DNA of 64,000 nucleotides from Syncephalis fuscata S228 (Eukaryota; Fungi; Zoopagomycota): NCBI GenBank assembly GCA_025786725.1, contig JAHLTZ010000034.1, positions 124,001 to 188,000 of the forward strand, read 5' to 3'. Shown piece by piece: positions 51,583 to 64,000 of this stretch (position 1 is its first letter; each line of letters starts with the position of its first letter). The notes under the pieces were generated by a model. It saw only the letters and a program-made list of their open reading frames with translations, ran no database searches and was not told where the DNA came from. The position numbers and the translations under genes were made by a program.

Positions 51583-52378
51583 TTTAATAACATCCAGTCT
51601 ATTGAACATGATGATGGGTGGTGAGTGACGTTAATCATCAAATACTCATCATCATAGATTCATTATCCAGTATGCGTATATCCACCATTTACCTATATCA
51701 TTCCCATTCTATTCTACATTACTATATATTGTTCTACGATATACTAGATACATCTATCATCTGTTTGTCTCAATACACTTTTCTCTCTCCACTCATTGCG
51801 CTATATACACTATAGCTTTGGTGTCGTTTTACATGCTTTCTTACCGTACATTTAGCATTCTATACAGCACTATATACTCGTATAGCCTTGCTCTATCCAA
51901 AAATATGTTATTTTTGTTCTAGCTTTATTATTTATAAATGTCGACTAATGTCGGCCATCTGCTCATGCATATATGCTCCATAACTTGAATATTGCTAATC
52001 TGTTTAATATTGCATATTCATTATAATGTTTATCATTTTATTATATATTGAACATAGCGGTCTATGCCGTTGTTGATATGGTGCAGCTTTTTTATTATAA
52101 AATTAACTTATTACATTCAGTTTACTCACTGAGCCATATTGGTAGAACAAATGATATGAATATGAATGGAGTTATGGTTTATTATGATTATTTATAAATA
52201 AACCAGATCATGTCATTAGCTATGTTTTAATGTTAATCAAGCAAATGACGGGTAACATAGTAATAACACTACTGTGATGATATATGCATACTGGATAATG
52301 AATCTACAATGATGAGTATGTGATGATTGATGTCAATTACCACTCATCATCATGTTCAATAGATTGGATGTTATTAAA
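51583..52378. repeat. Long inverted repeat (about 100-bp arms, about 600-bp spacer); MITE/fold-back or hairpin-RNA candidate
   Basis: 51583-51682 is the reverse complement of about 52279-52378 with 10 mismatches in 100 nt by manual alignment. Confidence 0.85.
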
Positions 52379-52545
52379 AATAATATTTGGCATCAAATAT
52401 ACTATAATAATTAATAAATTCAATTTATTGTATATAATGTTAAATGACACACAATATTTTATATGATAATGCAGTTTATTTAACTCAATTAACAAGTACT
52501 AAAGTTAAAAGCTAAAATGGAATAATACATAGCATGTATATATTA

Positions 52546-52959
52546 ATGCAACAACAACAATTGCGGAATGATATGGGATCAATCATATGGCCTCTATTAA
52601 TATTCAATTAACCTTCCTACACAGCCAACAATGATTGGTCTTAAATGTTCCAAAAACCAAATAATGTTACATTATTTATTTAAAGATTATGGTTGCATTT
52701 TACTTTGCTCTCACATTTGTCCCAAAGCACAATTCGTTTCAATCAGAGGCATGCCGTTATGCACAACATAGTTATATTATTTTTATTAAATATTGTTAAT
52801 AATTGATTTAAATAAACAATATAACATATTATCTCATTTCTTTGAAACATTTGAGGTCGATTATTGTTCTTGTTGGCCATGTGTAGAAAAATTGATCGAA
52901 TATCAATAGAAGCCATATGATTGTGATTCCATATCATTCCGCATTTGTTGTTATTGCAT
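52546..52959. repeat. Second, unrelated long inverted repeat (about 145-160-bp arms, about 110-bp spacer)
   Basis: ATGCAACAACAACAATTGCGGAATGATATGG… at 52546 pairs with …CCATATCATTCCGCATTTGTTGTTATTGCAT ending at 52959; similarity continues to about 52690/52800. Confidence 0.82.
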
Positions 52960-53462
52960 CTATGTACAACATGGATTCTTGCATCTAAATGGTTTCTTCT
53001 GTGTTTTAATATTCTACTATTGCATTTTGGGCATATTTGTGATGTAAGATCAGGATTATTATAATTATTATAAATGTCGTTTATTAAACAGCCACTTTCC
53101 CTATAGCCAATCTGACTAAATAAATGACAATATATATATTAAAGTAATAATAAAGATAACTAATTAACTACATTATTGTATTAATAGTTACAAATGAGTT
53201 AATTAATATTGGATGCAGTATTATACATAAAATAGTGATGAATGAGTGTTTAATTGTATTTAAAGTGCCAAGGGGTGAAATGGATAAATAAAAAATGCGG
53301 GTCAAGTACAGTAGCTCCATCAATCTAATAGATTGATAATGAAAATTAATATAAAATATAGTGCAAAAATCAACCGATAGCAACTTTTGATAAACTATTT
53401 CATTTTATGTTCAAGGAGCCTTCCTTACTTTCCCTACTTACCGTTACTCCTTCATCTCTATC

Positions 53463-54518
53463 ATGTCCGTTGTTATTGGTATAAGGTAGCGTGTATAAGC
53501 GTAATTATAGTTTATGGTGTTCCATACTTAACACTGCCTCTTTATTGGCACTGTATTATGTTATTACTATGGTTATGATTATGGTTGGTTAGCGGACCGT
53601 CGTGTTCTGGAAAAACGGCAAGTATTCTATTAGTAATATACGACTTTAACTGATAACCTTGTTGTTATAATATACTAGACTCTTGGACGTGCGCTCAATC
53701 GTATTCTTCCTAACTGCCGTCTCATTAACCAAGATAATTTCTACAAGGTAAGTATTTCTACAGGTATATATGCATATATACTATAAGCTTTTTTTAACTA
53801 TTTATTTTTTCTATGCTGCATTTTGCCCTTAGCCCGACTCTGAAATTCCCATTGATCCTATTACCGGGCTAGATAATTGGGATACACCCGATGCCATAGA
53901 TTTCCCTCGCTTTACTACTGCTATCGATGTTAGTGTTAAGGAAGATTGTAATTCATTGTTATCATCGAGAACCCATACTAGTCTTGCCCATCTACCTACA
54001 CCACCAACTGAGCAATTGATGCAAGGCGCTATGGTAGAAGATGACGCGGTAGATGATCGACTAATTAACGAGTTACGAGAAAAGTTTGCTAGTCAATTGG
54101 CTGGCCATCGATTTATTGTAGTGGATGGATTTCTACTGTTCACGCATCCAGAAATTGTATCACGACTTAACGTAAGAGTATTTGTTACGGCCAGTAAGGA
54201 AGCATTAAGACGGCGACGAGAAGCACGTGTTGGTTATGTTACGGTAGAAGGTATAGTAGTATATATTTAGTCTATTCGTTCATTATTAATAATACGATAG
54301 GATTCTGGCAAGATCCGCCTGGTTATTTTGACACTATTGTATGGCCAAATTACATTTTACATCATCAAGCATTATTAGAACAAATCAATGCTGAAGAAAC
54401 TAGTTTGGATGCATCGCCGTTTATTGACCGCTTAATGGTCTTGAATTCGGAGCATGAAGATGCTGCAACCTCATTACGCCATTTATTAGCGCATGTAATT
54501 CACACGATTGAACATTGA
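53463..54518 (+). CDS. NRK1: Nicotinamide riboside kinase (Nrk1), spliced
   Basis: MSVVIGISGPSCSGKTTL (P-loop across two introns), NQDNFYK, DNWDTPDAIDF, VVDGFLLF, RREARVGYVTVEGFWQDPPGYF. Confidence 0.93.
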
Positions 54519-54584
54519 GCATTCTAGGCACCTTCATTATCATCTAGACATCTATATTCTATTCTCCATTTATTACCATTATCA

Positions 54585-56393
54585 TTATTGTTCCTTCTGA
54601 AGTGCAATAGAAGATGCGACCAAATGACTTATTAATGCGGCAACCACCTTGACATTCAGGCTATTGCCCAAGGCACGGTATCGTTGTCGCCTGGTGACAC
54701 TCTCTGGAAAGGCAAATGTTTCGGGGAATCCCATGAGTCGTGCAATTTCTCTTTCAGTAAAGTATCTTAAACCAAGACTTTCTATTAATGAAATATTGAC
54801 CGTTGATTCAGTCTCATTTGTACTTTCATTATCATTATTATGGCCACTGGTGCCAGATGGTGCCCATGCTTGATTAAATGTGTCGGTGGTCTATTAAAGC
54901 GATTAATAAATCAATTAATATTAACAATAGCTTACATCAGCCTGTTGGTTGGTTTGTAGGATGGATCCAGTGCCACGGACATGGTGTCCATAGCCTATAT
55001 ACTAATAAATATTAATTAGATGACTGGCCGTTGTAGATTACCTTTGGTGAAGCAGCAAGATCGACGAGAATCAAGTTTTATAATATCTAATAACAAACTA
55101 TTAGATTATAACTTTAAATGATGATTAATATTACCGAATTGTCGTCCATGTTTAAGCAGCAACTATTGATAAATAGCACATTATTGATACAATGATATAA
55201 ATGACACATTTAAATAACTTACACTATTTGGTATAGCATAGGATGAAGTAATAGAGGCATCAGACTCTATAATTTCTTCTATAGCACGTACACCTTCTAA
55301 TGAATGAGCTTCAGCCATATCCATCTGGCTTAAATGACGACTATCTATTTGAGAGATGGCACCTAGATTGAAGATAAGTTATGGTAAATAGCTATGCAAT
55401 GAATGGTATACCTAGAAGTGTATATTTAATAGGACTATAGCCATCGGTATTTGAGGCATCATTAGTATATCCAATAAATGATAATGGTTTTCTTTTAGCC
55501 TATTAATAAATGATAAGAATATATATATGATAAATAATAAATAGCAAATGATAACAACTTACTAATAAATAATAGCGTAAACGAGCATTGGGAATACCAA
55601 ACTGAAGTGGCGTCAGTAGATATTCTTCAAATACATAGCCGAGTTTATCCAACTGATCAACCAATACTTGACGTGTCTCTGATGTCTTGTATATCAATAG
55701 GTGGTTAATAGGATTAGTAGTATTAATGATACGCATACTGCTTACTTCGAATCCTTTGACGTTTTCAACTAGTAGATACTGCGGCGGATGTTGCATCTCT
55801 CCTAACATATCAATGATGTTTAGAAAGCTTTTTGCTCTATTGTCCTCTGATCCAAGCTGCTTGCCAGTTCGTGTGTACTATTGAAATCAATCAATAAGAG
55901 TTACAAACTATTGCTATAGCTTCCTCATAGTTATACACTTACTGGCTGGCATGGAGGGGACATTAGATACATATCGGCCTTTAATGAATCGTATTCCTTG
56001 ACTGAAATTGACTCTACCAATTTCTAAACAATTTAACGTTATTTTACATGTTATTTAAGATGGCTGATTTGATAGACACTCGTAACACTTACCGCACTCA
56101 TTTTAACATTAGGATAATTGTATCCATAGATGGTGCGTGTTACATCGTTTACATCCAATGCAAGCACTACTTCCGCATCAATATTGGCCTCATTTAACGA
56201 GGCATGCTATATTTTGATATTAATAACCGCAAGTGCTATACTTTATGTTACTTACCATGCCTCCTATATATATATTAGTACAAATAAAACACATTTGTCA
56301 GTCTTTTTTGTCTACTAAGATGACACTTCATTATTTGCTCTTACCGATACCAGCGTAGAATTCCACAACGCGTATTGGCTGTAAGTGTGTCAT
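54585..56393 (-). CDS. TRDMT1: DNMT2/TRDMT1 tRNA cytosine-C5 methyltransferase, multi-exon
   Basis: EFYAGIGGM, MSPPCQPYTR, VENVKGFE, PLQFGIPNARLRYY, DNMT2-specific CFTKGY, LRYFTEREIARLMGFP, LGNSLNV. Confidence 0.95.
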
Positions 56394-56547
56394 GTTGTTA
56401 ACAAGTAAAAATAAAATATATAGCGTAAAACATAAAATGTAAAGATACTGTATTTCATAATAAAAATTAAGAAAAATATTAACGATTTTTATCTAAAATA
56501 GCAACGTTAATTTTAACTTTTTCATAAGTCTATTCTTTATTAATGTT

Positions 56548-57636
56548 ATGGCGTACTCTACGTCAGGAAAACTAGATGCTCTTGCCAGAGAGCATGAAGC
56601 ATTAGCGAAATGTCTGCAAGATAGCTATAGTAGTTTTATTGAATGTGCGTATGACTTGGAGGAAATAGATGCCAGCGAAGAAGTATGTATAATTGGCAGG
56701 TTTGCATTATACTAAAGCTTTATTAGTTGAAAACAGTGGATAAAACGTTTAAAGAGCTTTTGAAAGAAGAACAGAAGCTACGTGCCAATGCGAATGCCCT
56801 TCAGCAAATCTCTGTTAACAGTATAGATAACAATGAACACGAAGTAAGCTGTTGTTTATACGTGTCACCCATATCATCTATTTACTAGCAATCTATTAGG
56901 TGATTAGTACCGAGAATTACGATACACAGCGTGGTGTACTTTTGGAAAGATATCTTAGACAATATGGCTTGGAATTTTCACGCCACAATCAATATAAAGA
57001 GTTTCGACAAAAGATATGGGTAATTAGTGTATTGTATTGATAGTCTAGTTGTTGAATATGTACTTAGGAAGTAAAACATCCTACTGAAAGCATGCCTCCA
57101 CTCCATGCAGATAGTGATGTTGATGAAGATGACGATATCATTCAAGTGAGCCAGCAAATCTCACTTATTTGCCCGTTGACCACCATGATTATGGAAAATC
57201 CCGTAACAAAGTAAATAGCAATCCACCAACAATAGCCACTTTAACATTTACTTACATTCATATTGAATATAGCACCACTTGTAATCATAGTTTCTCGGAA
57301 ACTGCCATTATGGATTACATTAGACAACAAAGTAGAGGAACAGGAGTGGTTAATTGCCCTGTAGCCGGTAACTTGACACTCGCTATGCTGTATCATTATA
57401 AAACTAATATATATATATAGGTTGCAGTCAAACGGTTCGTGCAAATACACTAAAGGCTAACCGTATGCTGGAACGAAGAATTCAGCGTGAGACTGAAATA
57501 AAGGAAAGCCAACAACGGCCAGACAGTGAGGTAAATTACAAGTTAAACTAATGTTAAACTATCGTGGCTTTATTAATGATATATGTATTATATGTTGGTC
57601 TGCATTATTTAAACTTAGTATACGGATATTGTTTAA
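56548..57636 (+). CDS. NSE2: Nse2/Mms21 SP-RING SUMO ligase (Smc5/6 complex), spliced
   Basis: DEDDDIIQV…ISLICPLT…ENPV…CNHSFSETAIMDYI…CPVAGC. Confidence 0.88.
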
Positions 57637-57676
57637 AATATATAGTATAATATCTAGCGCCAAGCGTTCCTACCGC

Positions 57677-60600
57677 TTATAATTCTGCGTTGGCATCAGC
57701 ATCTATGTTATAAATTGGAATTAATAAAACATTTTACAAAAAACAACAACAGCTTATTTACCTTGAACAATTCTCAAAAACACTTCTTCCAAACTAGTAA
57801 ATGCATGATGTATAAGTATTTTTACCAGAATATAATGTTAAATACGCTACCTTGTTTGTGAGATACCCCAGTCATCGAGTCCTAGATCTGTTTTATGCTT
57901 TTCAAGCTGTTCAAACAGCGTGGAAAGTGTAGTGGCTGTAGGCCTGAATTCATAGGATGCATGATTGGCAAAATTATCAATACATTGCCAGCCCTCGGGA
58001 AGGAATTGTTCAACATAACTATAAACGCGTATTAGTAAATGATTGTCCAGATAAGTTATCTGATCAATTAAATGATAATTACCTGCGAGCAGCTGGCATG
58101 CATTGTGGTGAACCAGCCAATGAAAGGCGGAAGCCTTTACCGTAAATATCCTTCAAGTGGAATATAGAACCGATACAGCGTAATAATCCTTTAGCCATAA
58201 TACCAACATTACGGCACAGTACTTCAGCCTCTTCCATAGAATGTGTTGTCTATAGTTAATTAGTCGTTTGAATTCATGAAATGTATCAAGGGGATGTTAA
58301 TAAAACACTTACCAAAACAATAGATCTTCCTTCCTTGGATCGATTAATAATATCCCAAATAACACGTCTTACTTCTGGATCCAATCCCGTCTATTATAGC
58401 AATAGTTAATGTTATTATTGTTCATAATTGTGTCTTTAACCACTTACTGTTGGTTCATCCATGAATACAACACCAGAACTGCCGATAAGTGATATGGCAA
58501 TAGAAAGTCGTCGTTTTTCACCTCCACTTAATCCCTTTGATAGGCGTTCTCTAAAGTCTTGTAGTGCCACGTTTTCAATAGCTTTATCTACAGCAGCCTT
58601 CTCTTCAGTTGGATGAACGCCCTTAAGACGAGCATAAAAGTATAGATGCTCTTCGACTGACAAATCATCCCAGAGAATATCGTGCTAGTTAAATAGTCTT
58701 AGCTTTGTTTATTGCCTATAGTAGCAGTAGTGCTCACCTGTGGACATATGCCCATTGTTTGGTACACATCCTTCATTTGTGTGGCAATGTTGTAGCCATT
58801 AAGCCAGGCTTCACCTATTACCGCATGTTAATACATATATAAAACAGTAGACAACAAAATAATTTACCTGAGGTTGGAGGATAAAGTCCAGTCAGCATAT
58901 GAATGAGAGATGTTTTACCGGCACCGTTGGGGCCTAGTAGACCAAATACAAGATTGGGCTAAATATGCGTATTGGTAAGTGATAAAAAATAGTACCTATT
59001 ATGTTTAATTACCTCAATGGCCAGTGTAACATCCTTGACTGCAACCTTGCCGTTACCGTAAACTTTACGGATATGCTTTGTAACTAAAGGCGATGCTGCG
59101 GGATGTCGGTTGTTTAAGACACGATCGCGTTCAGCTCGGACATCATCATCTTCCTCCTAAAGTAATGTTATAAATAAATAAGCTTGTAAATAAATTAATT
59201 CGTAAATACATACAACATATTCCAAATAATCCTCATCGTCATCACCATTCCTAGTTATTTGTGTCTAATGCAATGTTAGTGTTAATAGTTATTAGTAATC
59301 AATATTATAACTTACCGTGCTACCATCCTCAAGTATTGCTTTATTTTTAGGTGGATTCATCTTGTTGCGCAGCCATTTAAATGGCTCGGTAAATATGAAA
59401 TACCACGGCTTATTCACACCGTATTCGCTGGGTACGACAAGATTCAAATAGCTATTTGTTTTAACGTTAATGTTTGTTGATATGACAGCTTATAGTGTTA
59501 CTAACGCAGTAAGTAGTATAAGAACTACAATTTCTCCAATTAAAAACAGCATAGCTTCAAGGACTTGATTATTTTCGGACAAGGTGGACCATTCATATGG
59601 CTGAAATACAAAGGTTAGCTATTATGATATGTTAGTCTAATAAGCAGTCTTACCACTTGATTGTTACTACCAATACTGGCCATGTTGATTAGAGATAAAG
59701 CACGGTAAAATGCAAATGGAGGCCATATGAAATAAGCCAATGAAATATTTCCCGGTACAAGTTGTTCTATTGATTGATTGATATTTTGTATTAGACTATA
59801 ATAAGTATGCATGTTACTACAAGCACTTACCAACAACTGTGTTGATTATAACACCGGTCAACACCAACACAAATACAGAAACTATATAAACAATGATAAG
59901 TATCTATCACTTGTAGCGACAATCCCAGTCACTTACTTAGCGATGTTTGGCTTTTGGAGAATAGACAGCTAAGGAAGAATGACATTAATGTCAGCACGAC
60001 AGTCCAAATAATTAATAGAATAATATAGATGCCAGGATTGGTTCGAGTGAAGAATGGCATGGAAAAGCCCACTCCGGTCAGTACAAATATAATAGTGGCA
60101 ATGAATTGCATAATAAAGAACTGCAGAAAACGGACAAAGTAATAGTTGCGGGCCTTTAGTCCATTCTAAATATAACAGTGAATAAACGCGACTGTAATTA
60201 TGTCAAGTGTTACTTACTATACGCATCATAATTAATATACGGTCTTCCTTTTCTTTTACCAAAGTAATCACAAAGATAGGAAGTAAAAAGGAGATGCCTG
60301 TAATAAATGATATATTAAATTGACTGGTTGGTGAGGTATTTGTGTAGATGACTCACCAAATGGAAATAGAATACGGCCTACATACGATGCAATTGGAATA
60401 TCGGCGGTGGCGCGTTGCAAGACTGGGTACATCTGTATTAAGTGATTAATAAAATATATTTGCTGATGATACCTATTCCATACCCTTAAGCCGTGTGTAA
60501 TAGTTATGTCGTTTCTGTTATTGCCAGCTGTTCTTGCTGTAATATCCAAATTAGATACTAGTGTAATTGAAAACAATTTGCCAGACTTACCCATGGCATT

Positions 60601-62098
60601 ACCAAGCATTGCTTGAAGAGCAATCTTTCTAAGACCTGAACTTGGCATATAACCAGTAGATATGAGTCTTTTATCCGATCCAACTTGCATTGTGTATTTC
60701 CATTGCTTGTTGGCGGCGTTTACGCTGTCAAATGTGATGGCTATACAATTTAAAGATTATTATTATTCTTATTGCTACTAATACTATTACAACTCTGATT
60801 AACACACTTACCACCCCATGGCATATCTAACAAGGCTTTTCTTATTTGGAAATAACTATTTATGTTAAGTGAACAGGTTAGTTATAAAAAATCATTTTAT
60901 AGTTGTACTTGCCTATCTACTCTTACATCGGATGATTTGTATTCTCTTAAAGCGGCAATCCGACCCGTGATGCTGTTTAAACAATTAGCATTATACCATT
61001 CATTGCAAGCATGCTCTACCTACCTTTGGATTTTGTCAATGAGCAGGTTATCCATATCCACATCAGATTTTGCATTTGTTTTGTCGAAAAAAGGGACGGG
61101 CTGCATTCCATTAACACTTGGTTGTGGATTTGTACTATTAGGCAGGTTGATATCTACGAAAAGATTTGTGTCGATAGCACCAAGTAATCCTATTTTTGTG
61201 TGTAAATTACTTTGCATCAATAAACTATATGTCACTGTACCTGAATCGCCAGCAGTGCCATTAATTGCACTCAGTGCCTGACTAAGACTATTTAGCACTG
61301 GCTGCTTATTCTTGACACCCGAGTTTACACCTGATGCATCACGTACAATTGCCCAGGGAAATTGCTGTGCACGGTCTAATCTGTAAGCATTTGTACTATT
61401 GTTGGAATTAAGCCATCCACCAGATGGGTCGGGTAGAAACGTTCTAATTTTGGATATTAATTTAAAAAGTAATACTAATGCTAGCTGTAGCTTACGTGTC
61501 ACGTCTTGGTATTAAACCACTGTTGTTATAAAGCTCATATGGAGCACTTGACGGGTAGTCATGTTCAAACCAATTGATGCATGCGTAATAGGAGTATGAA
61601 AAATCGGAATCCGTCGTCTTGCTATAGTCCATGCCACTGCTAAAAAAAAAACTAGGAGTCGAAACTAAACTAACTTTATCGAGTGTAGCACGTGGGATTG
61701 TGGTTCCGGGCACCAGGCCCGTAGCATTAGCGCAATACACAGTTTCTTGACAAATAGATCAGACTACAGAAATTGAAATATAACAATGAAACTTACCTGT
61801 AGTGCCCATAGATTTTTTTAATAGATTAGTTACTACAATGCCAAGGATACCGGCAATTGCCACCATTAGCAATGGACATAGTCTATCATTGTTGATTGAT
61901 TAGTAGTTGTTTGCGTACGATTGTAATTTATTAATGTGCTTTTATACGTACGCAATACAGCAAATGTTTGCAAATTTCTGTCGCTTCTGATACGACAACG
62001 TGCTACGTGTCTATAAATATAAATTAAAACAATGAATTGGCCACACTGGTTATTATACTTGCCAATGCACGCCATTGATAATCTGGCCGTTTTTCCAT
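57677..62098 (-). CDS. Half-size ABCA-subfamily transporter (large exocytoplasmic domain, TMD, one NBD), multi-exon
   Basis: [109 protein letters not shown]. Confidence 0.92.
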
Positions 62099-64000
62099 AA
62101 ATAGTGTTTTTGAAAGAATTATTATGCTTTATAACTGTTTTTTAGTAATAGCAGCACTTCATAAAGTTATTCCGGAGGTAAGTGGTGGTGCAATGAGGCG
62201 AAAGTAATGGGTGTTGGTGTAGTAAAAAATGAATGAGAAATAAATTGACGAACAGACAGATAAATGTAATGCCGCAAGAGTAGGTGTTTAAAAGTAGATG
62301 TAAAGTAGCACAACCAGGCTGTAATTTCAGGGAGTTTCTATGAGACATTAATCTTTTTAACAACTAAGATTTGAAGTCCGATATAGCTGGTGGCAAGTCT
62401 GGGCATTTGCCAAGAAATCGCCTGAGGTATTTTTTATGCAACACAAACAGAAAATATACTGGTTTGTAAACTAGTGTACAAAAATAGAAAATACTGTTTT
62501 ATTAAACAGCTAAGGCAACCAATCTTTATGTTTAAATGCTACAGCCTGCTAATGGCTAATCAGTTGAAATTAGCGTTTTATAGGTGTTTACAATGTTTGT
62601 TAAAGTTGATGAGTTTATATTGCCAAGACAGCTACTAGCGCGTTTTTAGTATAATCAGTGGCCTTGCGTAAAGATAAAATTAATTTGGATAAAGATTTAT
62701 CCAAAAGTAAAGGTCCTTCATAACTACCAAGATCTGGCTGCAATATATCTTTGAACGTGTATCTTAATTTTTGATATTCCTTAAATAAGATGTGGATTTT
62801 TATTAATAGATACGAGTACGGAATCTAGTGTAATAAAAAAATTCTTGTTTTAAAACCATTTTTAATTGTTGATAGTGTTTTTAGCTGAGGCTTCGATGCT
62901 TGATTTTGCCAAGAAGCGACGAGAGAGGCGAGCACAGTTCAAACAAATGTGTTGCAATCTATCTTTTGATAAAACTTCACGTGTCTCTATAGGTGGTAGA
63001 GAAGTAAATTTTGCAATGGTGCAGAGTCCTAAATCTTGAACTAGCTCATTTGCTGCTATTGGACTTGCCATGGCGTTGAATAAAGGTAGTAATAATTGGA
63101 AAGTCAGATGACCAGTAAATAATTTAACTAAATAATAACTAATGATCATGTTGGGTTGATAGATGCCAAGTCAGCCAATGTTTCAAAAATAAATAACTAA
63201 GCATATTGTTTGAATAGCGGTTTAGAAATGCTAACAATGACTTGGGAGACAAGGATAACAAAGAAACAATCAAAATACCTAGAAAAGCTAAGAGCAGACT
63301 GTGTTTTATTGTCTAAAGCAACGTATGCGTATGTATTATCCGCAAACGTTTCAAATTTTATGCAGAAACTACAAATTTGTTTAAACTTTCTGATTGTCTT
63401 TGACTATTTGCCTTATCAGTAGCAATCCACCGCACAAGTGTAAGCAATTCTAGAAATCTTTTATAACAATATCATTTGGGTATATAAATAAGCTATACAA
63501 ATTGCTGAATATACTATATCGTGTTTAGTACACGATAGAATACTACATTCAATACTTATTGAGTCATCTGAATTGATTGGTCAAGTATTTGCTAATTCAG
63601 CTTTTAATATCAGCTTTAAAAACAAGATAAAAATAAATAAATAAATAATCATTAGGCGACTAATAAAGTAACAATATCTTGCCTAAGTGGTTATCAATTA
63701 TTAGGAACATTTAGACTATTCTTGTTTAATGTACTATTGGATAGCAAAACAATTATTCATTTTACTTGTACCTTTAAAAGACTAATATTAAACATTTGAT
63801 AATTATTTATTTGTATGATTATGTATGTTGTTTAGCTAAAAGACAATCGTGTTTTGTTGCTATTTTCAATAGTTTATAAGCCTTGCTATTAGTATATGAT
63901 TGTTGAATAATCATCAATCTCTTTAAACAGTCTTTCAAAACCACCACTAGAACCAGCTGTATCTTCGGGAACCTTTCTCCAAGCAACGTTTTTTTCTACA

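Noticed and set aside
54585-56393. C5-methyltransferase as a DNA methylase or restriction-modification component
   Set aside because: The CFTKGY motif and compact size identify DNMT2, a tRNA methyltransferase.
62300-64000. ORFs 62862-63149 (-) and 63210-63422 (+), and an open frame at the window end
   Set aside because: No family recognised; may be decayed coding sequence or a gene continuing outside the window.

Overview
Gene-dense, AT-rich eukaryotic nuclear DNA with many short (about 45-110 nt) spliceosomal introns. Gene content and protein style indicate a fungus, probably early-diverging (Zoopagomycota/Mucoromycota-like; inference). About 30 genes are recognisable: SRP19, METTL15/RsmH, an NT-C2 protein, TBL1/SIF2, OSH6/7, RSM27, ribokinase, UNC-45/She4, ECH1, ssSPT, an RGS membrane protein, SCS7, two tandem ERG25, OCA1, a PPR protein, VIP1, APC4, a HUL4-like HECT ligase, MRX11, NRK1, DNMT2, NSE2 and an ABCA transporter. 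Many conserved genes carry single-base deletions that look like assembly errors. The strongest candidate for a new system is an intact, intronless 567-aa ORF (18162-19865). It has every group II intron reverse-transcriptase block (RT0-RT7 plus the start of domain X), a dead active site (YLDR for YADD), no flanking intron RNA and a presequence-like N-terminus, so it looks like a domesticated nuclear-encoded maturase. Also notable are a kinase-only VIP1/PPIP5K, an SRE plus CCAAT promoter upstream of ERG25 and six GC-AG introns. A roughly 4 kb accessory island holds a Fanzor/TnpB relic, a secreted six-cysteine peptide gene and two long fold-back repeats. All family calls come from motif recognition by eye; no searches were run.
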